NCBI GenBank assembly: GCA_003584865.1 | Contig: QVQE01000108.1 | Span: 1 to 62,676, forward strand | Length of the DNA stretch: 62,676 nt | Reading direction: 5' to 3' | From: Methylococcales bacterium | GTDB lineage: Bacteria; Pseudomonadota; Gammaproteobacteria; Methylococcales; Methylomonadaceae | Shown here: in pieces, positions 39,500 to 49,171 of the stretch | Layout: every line of letters starts with the position of its first letter | Position numbering within the stretch: the first letter of the stretch is position 1 | Made by a program: the position numbers and the translations under genes | Notes under the pieces: model-generated | Told to the model about the DNA's origin: nothing | The model's input: only the letters and a program-made list of their open reading frames with translations | The model's database searches: none

Positions 39500-39597
39500 T
39501 TATGAGCTACTCTACCAATTGTAATCCCTCATCAATTTAACCTTTCATGGTTATTGAAAGGGGTGGGTTAGCCCTGACATTATCGACTATCAACAAT

Positions 39598-39636
39598 AAA
39601 AAGCCTAGAACGAGCATCTCGTTCTAGGCTTTTTTT
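39598..39636 (+). terminator. Strong intrinsic terminator
   Basis: AAAAAGCCTAGAACGAG-CAT-CTCGTTCTAGGCTTTTTTT. Confidence 0.85.
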
Positions 39637-39889
39637 ATTTATACGCCTTCTTTTTCGACTTCCTTTGAATGACCTGTCTGATTTGAATCAGAGTGTCACT
39701 GCTTTAAGACACCTTTTAAGACTCACTATTTTGCTCTGAAACAAATATATTTTGTTTACAGCCTTGCTTGAAGTAATATTCTGTCAAAACCATAGCCCTG
39801 TTAGTCTGTCTCAGCTAGAACGATGCTCCTCATTATCGTTCAGCACCTATAGGGGATATTTTATTATTTATATTTAATTCAGGTAACCC

Positions 39890-41563
39890 ATGCTAAAAAT
39901 TCGTAAGATCGTTCTGAGTGTCATTGTATTATTCTGGAGTACCCAAAGTTATACCGCGTCTCATAAAGTCGCCATAGCCAGTGCTCACCCTTTAGCGACT
40001 GAAGCAGGCTTTGAAGTTTTGGCTAAAGGCGGTAATGTTTATGATGCTGCGATTGCAGTGAGTGCGGCGTTAGCGGTTGTTGAACCTTGGGCTTCGGGTC
40101 TGGGTGGTGGGGCTTACTGGTTGCTACATAGAGAAAAAGACCCGATAGATACTTTAATTGATGGCCGAGAGAAAGCACCTTTGGCGGCTCATAAGGATAT
40201 GTTTTTAAATAAAGAAGGTAAAGTCATCGAAAAGTTGTCACTTGATGGTCCATTAGCCGCTGCGATTCCCGGTATGCCAGCTGGGTTAGTTCATTTATCA
40301 GAAAAGTATGCACAATTATCATTGGCAGCTGATTTGGCACCGGCCATACGTTATGCACAGACTGGTTTTGCAGTCGGTGATCGCTATTTAAAGTTATTAA
40401 AGTTCAGAGCTGCGACGTTAAAACAATACCCAGAATCTGCACAATTATTTCTACAGGAAGGTGAGGAGCCTAAACTGTTTTCAATACTAAGACAACCTGA
40501 TCTTGCTAACACCTTAACCCGCTTGGCAAACTCAGGTAGAGAAGGTTTTTATAGTGGAACAACTGCCGATAAATTGGTCGAAGGTGTTAGAAATGCGGGG
40601 GGCAATTGGACAAAAGAAGATCTTGAAGCCTACCAAGTCGTCGAACGTAAACCTGTTACTGGACATTATAAAGGTATTAAAGTGACCAGTGCTGCCCCCT
40701 CTTCATCGGGCGGCATTGTGTTAATTGAAGCGTTAAATATATTGGCTGGCTACGATCTTCAGAAGCTAACCGCGCTTAGTCGTAAACATATCATTGTTGA
40801 AGCCATGCGTTGTGCTTATCATGACCGGAGTTTGTATTTAGGGGATGTGGACTTTATTAATGTCCCGGTTGAGCGCTTGATAAACGAAGATTATGCCGCT
40901 GGCTTGCGTAGCAGTATTCGGTTAGATAAAGCCTTGCCTAGTAGTCAACTGTCTGGCCAAATAGAGATTCAAACAGAAGGTATTGATACCACTCATTTTT
41001 CAATTATTGATGATGAAGGCAATCGGGTAGCAGCAACGCTAAGTATTAATTTCCCCTTTGGCTCAGGGTTTGTAGCACCTGGTACGGGTGTAGTATTGAA
41101 TAATGAAATGGATGATTTTGATAGTGCGCCTGGCGCTATGAATGGCTATGGATTCGTCGGTGGCGTGGCTAATGCAATTGCTCCGGGTAAGCGGATGTTA
41201 TCTAGTATGACTCCTACCTTTTTAGAAACAGATAAAGAGGTCGCTGTTTTAGGAACACAAGGCGGCAGTAAGATTATTTCAATGGTGTTATTGGGTACTC
41301 TGGATTTTGCGGAAGGTCACGGGCCAGACTCGTGGGTTAATAAACCACGCTATCATCATCAATTTATGCCTGACGTGATTGAATATGAAAACGGTGCTTT
41401 TTCGACTGAAGAACTGGCGAATCTGAAGAGTCTGGGTCATGAGTTAAAGCCGGTTCGTTATCCCTATGGTGATATGCAAGCGGTATTATTAAATAAAGCC
41501 ACTAAGCAGTTATCGGCAGCCAGTGATAAACGGGGCGAGGGTAGAGCGGTTGTAGGTCAGTAA
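39890..41563 (+). CDS. ggt: Gamma-glutamyltransferase
   Basis: Signal peptide, GGNVYDAA, SGLGGG, DGRE, nucleophile TTHFSIID, LNNEMDDF, LSSMTP. Confidence 0.93.
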   Translation: MLKIRKIVLSVIVLFWSTQSYTASHKVAIASAHPLATEAGFEVLAKGGNVYDAAIAVSAALAVVEPWASGLGGGAYWLLHREKDPIDTLIDGREKAPLAAHKDMFLNKEGKVIEKLSLDGPLAAAIPGMPAGLVHLSEKYAQLSLAADLAPAIRYAQTGFAVGDRYLKLLKFRAATLKQYPESAQLFLQEGEEPKLFSILRQPDLANTLTRLANSGREGFYSGTTADKLVEGVRNAGGNWTKEDLEAYQVVERKPVTGHYKGIKVTSAAPSSSGGIVLIEALNILAGYDLQKLTALSRKHIIVEAMRCAYHDRSLYLGDVDFINVPVERLINEDYAAGLRSSIRLDKALPSSQLSGQIEIQTEGIDTTHFSIIDDEGNRVAATLSINFPFGSGFVAPGTGVVLNNEMDDFDSAPGAMNGYGFVGGVANAIAPGKRMLSSMTPTFLETDKEVAVLGTQGGSKIISMVLLGTLDFAEGHGPDSWVNKPRYHHQFMPDVIEYENGAFSTEELANLKSLGHELKPVRYPYGDMQAVLLNKATKQLSAASDKRGEGRAVVGQ

Positions 41564-42243
41564 TGATTACGGATAGCGTTGAAGTATGGCATGGTGTGGT
41601 AGCGGCAGACGAAGGACTGTATGATGCCTTTTGGGCAGTTTTAGATGATGATGAGCGGCGTCAGGCGAGCAAATTCAAGAATGCGCTATTGCATAAGCGT
41701 TATGTCGAAGTGCATGGACGATTGAGACAGTTGTTAGCCGGGATAGTTAAGCAGGCACCCGATAAAATAATTATCAACAAAACTAAACAGGGTAAGCCTT
41801 TTTTAGCGGATTATCCTGAACTGGCTTTCAATTTATCACATTCAGGGGAATTGTTATTGGTTGCTGTTGCCTGGCACTGTCGGGTTGGCGTTGATATTGA
41901 AATATGCAAATCGAGAGTTAATTTACCCGGTTTAGTGAAGAAATGTTTTTCCGAAGTAGAAATGAATTACTGGAATCAATTGCCTGATGATGAAAAAAAT
42001 CAGGCATTCTATCGCTTTTGGACTCGCAAAGAAGCGTTTGTAAAAGCCACTGGGCATGGGATTGTACTGGGTTTAGATCAATGTGTCATTAATCCTGAGA
42101 ATCCAGTTGAGTTTTTAAGTGTTCCTATGCAATGCGGCAAAGCATCAATATGGTCTATTCAAGATATTGAGTTGGGTGAGGGCTTGAGTGGTGCAATAGT
42201 CGCCGACAAAAAATTGGACGAGATAACGCTAAAGCACCTTTAA
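41563..42243 (+). CDS. Sfp-type 4'-phosphopantetheinyl transferase
   Basis: GKP, FNLSHS, VGVDIE, FWTRKEAFVKA. Confidence 0.9.
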   Translation: MITDSVEVWHGVVAADEGLYDAFWAVLDDDERRQASKFKNALLHKRYVEVHGRLRQLLAGIVKQAPDKIIINKTKQGKPFLADYPELAFNLSHSGELLLVAVAWHCRVGVDIEICKSRVNLPGLVKKCFSEVEMNYWNQLPDDEKNQAFYRFWTRKEAFVKATGHGIVLGLDQCVINPENPVEFLSVPMQCGKASIWSIQDIELGEGLSGAIVADKKLDEITLKHL

Positions 42244-42255
42244 GGTAGGTGTACG

Positions 42256-42322
42256 TCCCCCTCTTTGAAAAAGAGTGGTTAGGAGAGATTTTATTAAATA
42301 AATCCCACTTTTTAAAGAGGAT
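42256..42322. repeat. Degenerate palindromic miniature element or terminator-like inverted repeats
   Basis: TCCCCCTCTTTGAAAAAGAGTGG...AAATCCCACTTTTTAAAGAGGAT between convergent genes. Confidence 0.4.
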
Positions 42323-42324
42323 AC

Positions 42325-42561
42325 TTACTCGCTCTTTTTCACGCGAATTTTAAAGCCGGCAATGGCTAGACCATTCAAAGAGGTAATAGCTGCTTTAGCT
42401 TCACCGGGTTTTGGCATTTCCACAAAACCAAAGCCTTTTGAGAGCCCCGTGTCTTTGTCTAATACCAGATTGCAGGATTGCACAGCACCATGTGCTTGAA
42501 ATAGCGTTAAAAGCTCTGTCTCTGTAGTCGTGCGTGCGAGATTGCGGATAAGTATTTTCAT
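42325..42561 (-). CDS. RRM-domain RNA-binding protein
   Basis: MKILIRNL..., RNP1 motif SKGFGFVEM; start at ATG 42561 rather than 42708. Confidence 0.88.
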   Translation of the reverse strand: MKILIRNLARTTTETELLTLFQAHGAVQSCNLVLDKDTGLSKGFGFVEMPKPGEAKAAITSLNGLAIAGFKIRVKKSE

Positions 42562-42815
42562 CAATTTACCGTGTAATTTTGTAATGTGCGAATTATACAG
42601 CTTCTTAATTAATTCTATTGGTATATCAACTAATCGTAGTGAACTGGCAGCAATCCTAGCTCGCTGGTTGGAATCGGCATTGCCTCCTGAGGTGTTGTAA
42701 GTCCGCATCCATGCAGACTTTATTGATTATCTACAGCATTATTTCAGCACTTTCCAGTGGCTACGGAATATATTTATCTTTATTATTGTTAGGCTTTATA
42801 ATTCATCGTGTTAAA

Positions 42816-43160
42816 CTACCAAGCACCTTCCCGACCCTGATCTTCAATGTACTTGCCAATACCGGTTGGCTCAGTGGTTATTTCAAAAGAAAATATTTCG
42901 CTCAGATCACTGGATGATTCAAAACGGGAAACTTCCACCTCAAACTCAGTCGCTTCGACAATTAACTCGCCATCTTCATCATATTCAGCATTCACACCAT
43001 AACAATCCCCATAAACACCCATAATAAGATTTTCGTACACTGCTAAATAACGCTCATTATCTGAGTCATATTCTTTATCATCAGACCATAAAGCAAAAGG
43101 TGTTTTATGAAGTTGTTCGAAAGTTTTGGCTATTTCAATTTTTTGACTATCAGTGTTCAT
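42816..43160 (-). CDS. Hypothetical acidic protein
   Basis: 114-aa ATG ORF, D/E-rich, same strand as its neighbours; no recognised motif. Confidence 0.55.
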   Translation of the reverse strand: MNTDSQKIEIAKTFEQLHKTPFALWSDDKEYDSDNERYLAVYENLIMGVYGDCYGVNAEYDEDGELIVEATEFEVEVSRFESSSDLSEIFSFEITTEPTGIGKYIEDQGREGAW

Positions 43161-43227
43161 TTAATTTCTTTAGTTAATTTTAATTCAATAATTCGAGTAA
43201 AGACAAAGACCATTGAGATAGTCATCG

Positions 43228-44535
43228 TTATTCGGTCGTACTAGCAATGATTTTATGGATACGCTGTGTGCTAAAATAGATAATGATAAAAATAAACGGA
43301 ATGGATACGCCCTCAATAAGCTCTGGGTTCACTTTCAAGCCAAGTACATGCAGGGCTTCAGTTATCTTGCCGATAATACTTGCGGCGTAATAAGTAATTG
43401 CAACCATTGAAATACCCTCAACCATTTGTTGCATCCGCAATTGCATTTTCGCACGTAAAGCCATTGAGGTGAGTAATCCCTGGTTCTGCCGTTCAATAAT
43501 AATATCAACCCGAGTTCGCAACAATTGGCTGGCATTACTGACCCTTTTAGACAGCGAGGTAAATCGATGAGAAATCGACTCACAGGTATTAATAGCTGGC
43601 TCTAATCTGCGTTTTAAAAACTCACCCAAGGTCTGAATGCCTTGAATCCGAACTTCTCGCAAATCATTGATACGCTGATCAACCAGTTGATAATAAGCAC
43701 TTGCTGCTGCGAAACGAAAATGATTACTGGAGATATAATTTTCGACCTCTGCAGCTAATGTAGTTAACTCATCTAACAACTCAGCATCATTATTATCAGG
43801 CATCGTCATCGCATTAGTGATGCTATATAACTGTCGATCCGATTTATTTAAAGCCGGATAGAGTTTACGTGCAATGGGAAACGCCATTAAGGCCATAACC
43901 CGATACACTTCTATATCAAATAATCGCTGGACTAAACGACCTGCCTGTTCTGATCTTAGGGCATTATTGACAATCAGAAATCGGCTGAAACCATCAACAT
44001 GAATCCTAAAATCTGTAAATACTGCGGCCGCTCCGCCGGTTACTTTGGAACCGATCACTTGGTTACCCTCAAAGTAATCCGACAGTGTAGATAAATCTTC
44101 TGTTGTTTCCCTGTAATTAATATCTTCAGCAAAAATGATGGCGGCATGAGAAGCAACAATGACTTGCCCAGGCAGTTGTGACAACCAATCGACGGGTACT
44201 TTTTTTAGTGCTGCGTCTGAAAAAATATCGGTCGGCGTATCATGCACATAAAAACTGTAAGTACTAAACTCACCGTGTTGTTCCCAACGGATTTTAAACG
44301 AATTAAAAGCAGCGGCGAAGTGATCCGCATCTTTTTCGGGTGGGACAACACCAAACCGCTCACAGAGTGTTATTAAATGCTGACGTTCCGAGAGTTTTTC
44401 TTCGTTCGATAATAATAACGCAAGATGACTGGCTCTAACGGGTAGATTCAGAATAAAAGGCGCTCGAGCATGTACCTCATTGTGAAGTACAAAGCGCTGT
44501 GCATGATTTTTTGGAATAGGAAATAATGGCGTCAC
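43228..44535 (-). CDS. DUF3422-family membrane protein
   Basis: LHNEVHARAP, RWEQHGEFSTY, DFRIHVDGFSR, GRLVQRL.DIEVYR, LLRTRVDI, QQMVEGIS..AITYY; two C-terminal TM helices. Confidence 0.85.
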   Translation of the reverse strand: MTPLFPIPKNHAQRFVLHNEVHARAPFILNLPVRASHLALLLSNEEKLSERQHLITLCERFGVVPPEKDADHFAAAFNSFKIRWEQHGEFSTYSFYVHDTPTDIFSDAALKKVPVDWLSQLPGQVIVASHAAIIFAEDINYRETTEDLSTLSDYFEGNQVIGSKVTGGAAAVFTDFRIHVDGFSRFLIVNNALRSEQAGRLVQRLFDIEVYRVMALMAFPIARKLYPALNKSDRQLYSITNAMTMPDNNDAELLDELTTLAAEVENYISSNHFRFAAASAYYQLVDQRINDLREVRIQGIQTLGEFLKRRLEPAINTCESISHRFTSLSKRVSNASQLLRTRVDIIIERQNQGLLTSMALRAKMQLRMQQMVEGISMVAITYYAASIIGKITEALHVLGLKVNPELIEGVSIPFIFIIIYFSTQRIHKIIASTTE

Positions 44536-44839
44536 AGGCGTTTTATAATCTCTTTTTGATCAATGTAAAAACATATTAATTTAACCCAACAGACAGGAGG
44601 GTAAAAAATTTACAACTATTAATGACTAACAATTTTTAAGCAACCCCCAACTGTTTGTTGTTTGTTGTATTTTAACGGATAAACACGCTAATAGTTTAAC
44701 TGCTTTAACTATAAACTCATCCAGGCACCTAAATAACACGCTTCAAAAGCACCATTATCACTTTTAAATAGGCTTTGCTCTAGCAATTGTCTGAAAACAA
44801 ACTTAAAATAGTCGATTGTTAATTTTATAATAATAATCC

Positions 44840-45181
44840 ATGAGTAACTTACCTAATTGCCCAAAGTGTGGCTCCGAATATACTTATAATGATGGAACCC
44901 TTAATATTTGTCCTGAATGTGCTCATGAATGGCAGGCAGGCACAGAATCGGAAAACCTTGGCGATATTAAAATCATCAAAGATGCTAACGGAAATGAATT
45001 ACAGGATGGCGACACCGTGACGGTCATTAAAGATCTTAAGGTTAAAGGCACTTCGTTAGTTGTGAAAGTAGGCACTAAAGTTAAAGGTATCCGCCTCGTA
45101 GACGGTGATCATGATATTGATTGTAAAATTGAGGGTATTGGCTCGATGAAACTCAAGTCAGAGTTTGTAAAAAAAGTCTAA
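44840..45181 (+). CDS. yjdM: PhnA/YjdM zinc-ribbon protein
   Basis: [38 protein letters not shown]. Confidence 0.9.
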   Translation: MSNLPNCPKCGSEYTYNDGTLNICPECAHEWQAGTESENLGDIKIIKDANGNELQDGDTVTVIKDLKVKGTSLVVKVGTKVKGIRLVDGDHDIDCKIEGIGSMKLKSEFVKKV

Positions 45182-45208
45182 TTATTTTAACCTGCTGAAC
45201 TCAATACC

Positions 45209-46873
45209 ATGGCGCAATATATATATTCAATGATTAGGGTTGGAAAGATTGTTCCACCCAAGAAATACATTCTTAAAGATATCTCGCTGTCTTTTTTCCC
45301 CGGTGCAAAAATTGGTGTACTTGGTTTAAACGGCTCAGGAAAATCAACATTACTCAGAATCATGGCGGGTATCGATAAGGAAATCGAAGGCGAAGCGATT
45401 CCCCAAAAAGGCATTAACATTGGTTATTTGCCCCAAGAACCCCAATTAGACGCCACCAAGACTGTACGGGGTAATGTTGAAGAAGCGGTTGCAGATATTA
45501 AAGCCTCTTTAGCCCAATTAGATGCCGTTTATGCGGCTTATGCCGAACCTGATGCTGATTTTGATAAATTAGCTGCCGACCAGGCACGCTTAGAAGATAT
45601 CATTAATGCCTGTGACGGTCACAACCTCGACAGACGGCTTGAAGTGGCAGCCGACGCTCTACGTCTTCCTGATTGGGATGCTGATGTCACCACGTTATCG
45701 GGCGGTGAAAAACGCAGGGTTGCTTTATGTCGCTTATTACTGTCTAACCCCGACATGTTGCTATTAGACGAACCTACCAACCATTTGGATGCAGAGTCGG
45801 TCGCTTGGTTAGAACGTTTCTTACATGATTATACGGGTACTGTGGTTGCCGTAACCCATGATCGTTACTTCCTGGATAATGTCGCGGGCTGGATTTTAGA
45901 GCTTGATAGAGGTTCTGGAATTCCTTGGGAAGGCAACTACTCCAGTTGGCTAGAACAAAAGAGTAACCGTTTATTACAAGAAGAAAAACAAGAATCTTCT
46001 CGTCAAAAAGCCATGAAAGATGAATTAGAGTGGGTACGCTCTAACCCCAAAGGTCGTCATGCAAAAAGTAAAGCGCGTCTGGCCCGCTTTGAAGAGCTGT
46101 CTTCAACAGACGTACAAAAACGTAACGAAACCCAGGAAATATATATTCCACCTGGCCCACGTTTGGGTGACGTTGTCATTGAAGCCGACAACATCAGCAA
46201 AGCGTTTGGTGACAAACTGTTAGTTAATGGCTTAAGTTTCAAATTACCGCCCGGCGGTATCGTCGGTATTATCGGCCCTAACGGTGCTGGAAAAACAACT
46301 TTGTTCCGCATGATGGCGGGTTTTGAACATCCCGACTCAGGCAGTGTGACATTGGGGCAAACGGTGCAATTGGCTTATGTTGACCAGTTACGTGATAACC
46401 TCGATCCTAAGAAAACCGTCTTTGATGAAATTTCTGATGGCCTGGACATCATCACTGTTGGTAAGTATGAAACCCCCTCACGCGCGTATGTGGGTCGCTT
46501 TAACTTTAAAGGCGCAGATCAAGGCAAACGGATTGGTGATTTATCGGGAGGTGAACGTAATCGCGTGCATTTAGCTAAACTGCTTAAAACAGGTGGCAAC
46601 GTTCTTTTACTTGATGAACCGACTAACGATTTGGATGTTGAAACCTTGCGAGCCTTAGAAGAAGCTCTACTTGCTTTTCCCGGCTGTGCGGTGGTTATTT
46701 CGCATGATCGCTGGTTTCTGGATAGAATTGCTACGCATATACTGGCCTTTGAAGGTGATAGTCAAGTGGTTTGGTTTGAAGGTAACTATGAAGATTACGA
46801 GGCCGACCGTCATCACCGTTTAGGTAGTGATGCGGACAATCCTAAGCGCCTCAAATATAAGAAACTGTCTTAA
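45209..46873 (+). CDS. ettA: Energy-dependent translational throttle ABC-F ATPase
   Basis: [25 protein letters not shown], two ABC domains, ELEWVR.NPKGR.AKSKAR. Confidence 0.95.
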   Translation: MAQYIYSMIRVGKIVPPKKYILKDISLSFFPGAKIGVLGLNGSGKSTLLRIMAGIDKEIEGEAIPQKGINIGYLPQEPQLDATKTVRGNVEEAVADIKASLAQLDAVYAAYAEPDADFDKLAADQARLEDIINACDGHNLDRRLEVAADALRLPDWDADVTTLSGGEKRRVALCRLLLSNPDMLLLDEPTNHLDAESVAWLERFLHDYTGTVVAVTHDRYFLDNVAGWILELDRGSGIPWEGNYSSWLEQKSNRLLQEEKQESSRQKAMKDELEWVRSNPKGRHAKSKARLARFEELSSTDVQKRNETQEIYIPPGPRLGDVVIEADNISKAFGDKLLVNGLSFKLPPGGIVGIIGPNGAGKTTLFRMMAGFEHPDSGSVTLGQTVQLAYVDQLRDNLDPKKTVFDEISDGLDIITVGKYETPSRAYVGRFNFKGADQGKRIGDLSGGERNRVHLAKLLKTGGNVLLLDEPTNDLDVETLRALEEALLAFPGCAVVISHDRWFLDRIATHILAFEGDSQVVWFEGNYEDYEADRHHRLGSDADNPKRLKYKKLS

Positions 46874-46982
46874 TTGAAAAATAGAGTCCGTAAAGATGCG
46901 GACTTTATCATGTACTCAGCTACAAGCCATTGAGTTTTAAGGCAGGTTGAACATTTTTTAGCTTAGAGTCTTTCAGAATAAT

Positions 46983-47039
46983 TGGAGTAAAGCAGCTTTA
47001 GCTGTTTTTAAAGGCAATAGCTGAAGCGATTGCACTCCA
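46983..47039. repeat. Palindromic miniature element (TGGAGT...ACTCCA)
   Basis: TGGAGTAAAGCAGCTTTAGCTGTT...AATAGCTGAAGCGATTGCACTCCA imperfect inverted repeat. Confidence 0.5.
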
Positions 47040-47055
47040 GTTGTTGTAAATAAAA

Positions 47056-47076
47056 CCCCTGAATAACACTCAGGGG
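47056..47076. terminator. Hairpin terminator downstream of the multicopper oxidase gene
   Basis: CCCCTGA-ATAACAC-TCAGGGG with an A tract on its left (U tract on the minus strand). Confidence 0.6.
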
Positions 47077-47095
47077 CTATATACATTCCAGGCTT

Positions 47096-48871
47096 TTATT
47101 TCTTAGCCACTTTACTACGCGCTATTTCAATCAATTTAACTGATAAATCAATCAATGGGCGACGTTTAACATAGCCTGTGTAACCTATCAAACCCAGGAT
47201 AATGCCATAGACTAACTTCTCAAACGCAGAGTAGCCAGTATCTTGTTGAGCAGCCGCAGTAGCTGCAGCAGCGGTGTCAGAGGCTTTTACTGCGGGTGTT
47301 TGAACAGCCACTTTATTAGGCGTTACTTTGGCTTTTAAATCAGGTAAACCTAAGCTACTCCAGGCATCGTAATCTTGCCAGATAGGGTATTGACCTTTCC
47401 ATAATTTCTTGGAGAAATAAGGTGCCAGACTCATACCGTGTGCTGATGGAATGCCTTTGTCATCTACAAAGCCTTTATAAACCACTAAACTAATATCACC
47501 GCCTTCACCGTGACCATTAGTGGTGAAGGATTTTTCAACGTGATCATGGAACATCCAGATACCTTGACCAAAGCTGTTTAAACCATCATCAACACCATTT
47601 AACTCTAAGTCAAGGCGTTGCGCAGGCACCAAGCCATGCACATCACGTTGAATATAAGAGCCAGGGCCATTGTCAACGCCATCATAATGCGTCACGGTCG
47701 GTTTGTGTCCATGAATGTGCAACGCAAAGGATTCGGTATGCCCATTGAGTACACGGAGTTTTACCTTTTGATTCTCTTCCATGTGAATGAGCGATTCTCT
47801 TAAGGTATAAGGGAAAGAACGACCATTTAGCATAAAATAATCATCAGCTGCATCGGTGATGTCATATTCAGTATTCATGTGCTTGGCGATCAAGCGCGGA
47901 TCATTGGCTGATCTGGCTACAACTTCATGTAATTCTTTGTCAGCCGATTGATAATGTAAGTCGTATTCTCTAGCGTATTTTTCAAGTACAGCCACTGAAG
48001 GATGACGGACTTGTCCAGCACCTACGTTTAATGTTTGTACCCAGTTATTAGGACGGTTTTCTTCAACAACAAAGATGCCTTGCAAACCCATAGGAATGTG
48101 AGTATGTGGCTGTACATGGCAGTGATAATACATGGTGCCTGGTTGACGAGGCTTAATCACATAGGTTTTGCTTTCACCGGGCATGGTATCCATATTACTG
48201 GTTTGACCCACACCATCATTGCCAGAACCTGCGTGATTCATATAGGGATGATCTATGCCATGCAAATGGATAGAGTGGGGCAGGTAATGGGTGTTTTCTA
48301 ACACAATCCATACTACGTCATCCTGTTCAACACGGATAACAGGCGATGGGACTCTGAGCAAGGGATTAGCTTCTAATTCATAGAGACTTTTGGTCGACAT
48401 GTCTCTGGTTTTAGGGGCATAGACCCAGAAGGTAGGTTGTATACCGGGGGCAATATCGTAAGTCGTAGTGACATCTTTCATATCGGGTGAATGCCCGTTA
48501 AGTTCAATGACTTCGAGTTTTATAACGACTTTATCAGGATCACCGTCCCCGTCAGTATCATCTGATAGGGTGATGGCATCGGCGGCCAGTTGGGTGGACA
48601 TCAACGTATCCATCGAGATACCATTAGTGCCTTTTACAAAAGCAGCAATATCCGCAGGATTATCAGGATTACAGAGTTTGGATTCTTGTATTAACACACC
48701 GTCAATGGTTTGTTCTTTGCGCCAAGCCGGATCAGTAAATTCAGAACAGACTTCTTCTACGGGTCCCAAATCCACTTTAGCTGAAGGCGGCAAGTCCGTA
48801 GCAGCATAAATTAAGCTGTGCATAAGGACTAAGACGGCACCCCCAGTAAAAGTAATTATTTTTTTATGCAT
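47096..48871 (-). CDS. Exported two-domain multicopper oxidase with C-terminal membrane anchor
   Basis: Signal peptide; copper motifs PHSIHLHG, YHCH..HIPMGL, LHIHGH, WMFHDH; C-terminal TM helix followed by KRR. Confidence 0.85.
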   Translation of the reverse strand: MHKKIITFTGGAVLVLMHSLIYAATDLPPSAKVDLGPVEEVCSEFTDPAWRKEQTIDGVLIQESKLCNPDNPADIAAFVKGTNGISMDTLMSTQLAADAITLSDDTDGDGDPDKVVIKLEVIELNGHSPDMKDVTTTYDIAPGIQPTFWVYAPKTRDMSTKSLYELEANPLLRVPSPVIRVEQDDVVWIVLENTHYLPHSIHLHGIDHPYMNHAGSGNDGVGQTSNMDTMPGESKTYVIKPRQPGTMYYHCHVQPHTHIPMGLQGIFVVEENRPNNWVQTLNVGAGQVRHPSVAVLEKYAREYDLHYQSADKELHEVVARSANDPRLIAKHMNTEYDITDAADDYFMLNGRSFPYTLRESLIHMEENQKVKLRVLNGHTESFALHIHGHKPTVTHYDGVDNGPGSYIQRDVHGLVPAQRLDLELNGVDDGLNSFGQGIWMFHDHVEKSFTTNGHGEGGDISLVVYKGFVDDKGIPSAHGMSLAPYFSKKLWKGQYPIWQDYDAWSSLGLPDLKAKVTPNKVAVQTPAVKASDTAAAATAAAQQDTGYSAFEKLVYGIILGLIGYTGYVKRRPLIDLSVKLIEIARSKVAKK

Positions 48872-49171
48872 ACAACGACCTCGGAAATACTGTGTGAAGA
48901 AACGAAACGCCGTTTAAACAACGGACTATTTATTATTACTACCATTTTAACTGATAAATGTGCTTAAGTCTTATTTGCCTACTCAGTTTGTTGAATATTA
49001 ATTTCTGTGTACTTAGCAAGACTTTATAAATTAAAGGGATAGTGTGTGATTAGATGAACGTAAACCAAATAAAGTTACGCCTTAATTCAGAAAAAAAATT
49101 ATACTAACCGGATATAAAACGGATCTCCTTAACCACTCCTTTGTGGTAATAACAATAATAAAATATAACCC

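Noticed and set aside
42562-42708. N-terminal extensions in the ORF track (RRM gene; also starts at 18960, 20804, 32889, 36364)
   Set aside because: Family similarity begins at downstream ATGs (42561, 19008, 20828, 32907, 36298), so the longer starts are probably artefacts of taking the first start codon.
42660-42760. Possible LysR C-terminal remnant (..FIDYLQHYF..) and the 42711-42917 ORF
   Set aside because: Too short and interrupted to support, and it overlaps a small palindrome.
47096-48871. Copper nitrite reductase (nirK)
   Set aside because: It has HxH pairs at all four positions (HLH, HCH, HIH, HDH), typical of oxidases, rather than the NirK HNIDFH/YHC pattern.
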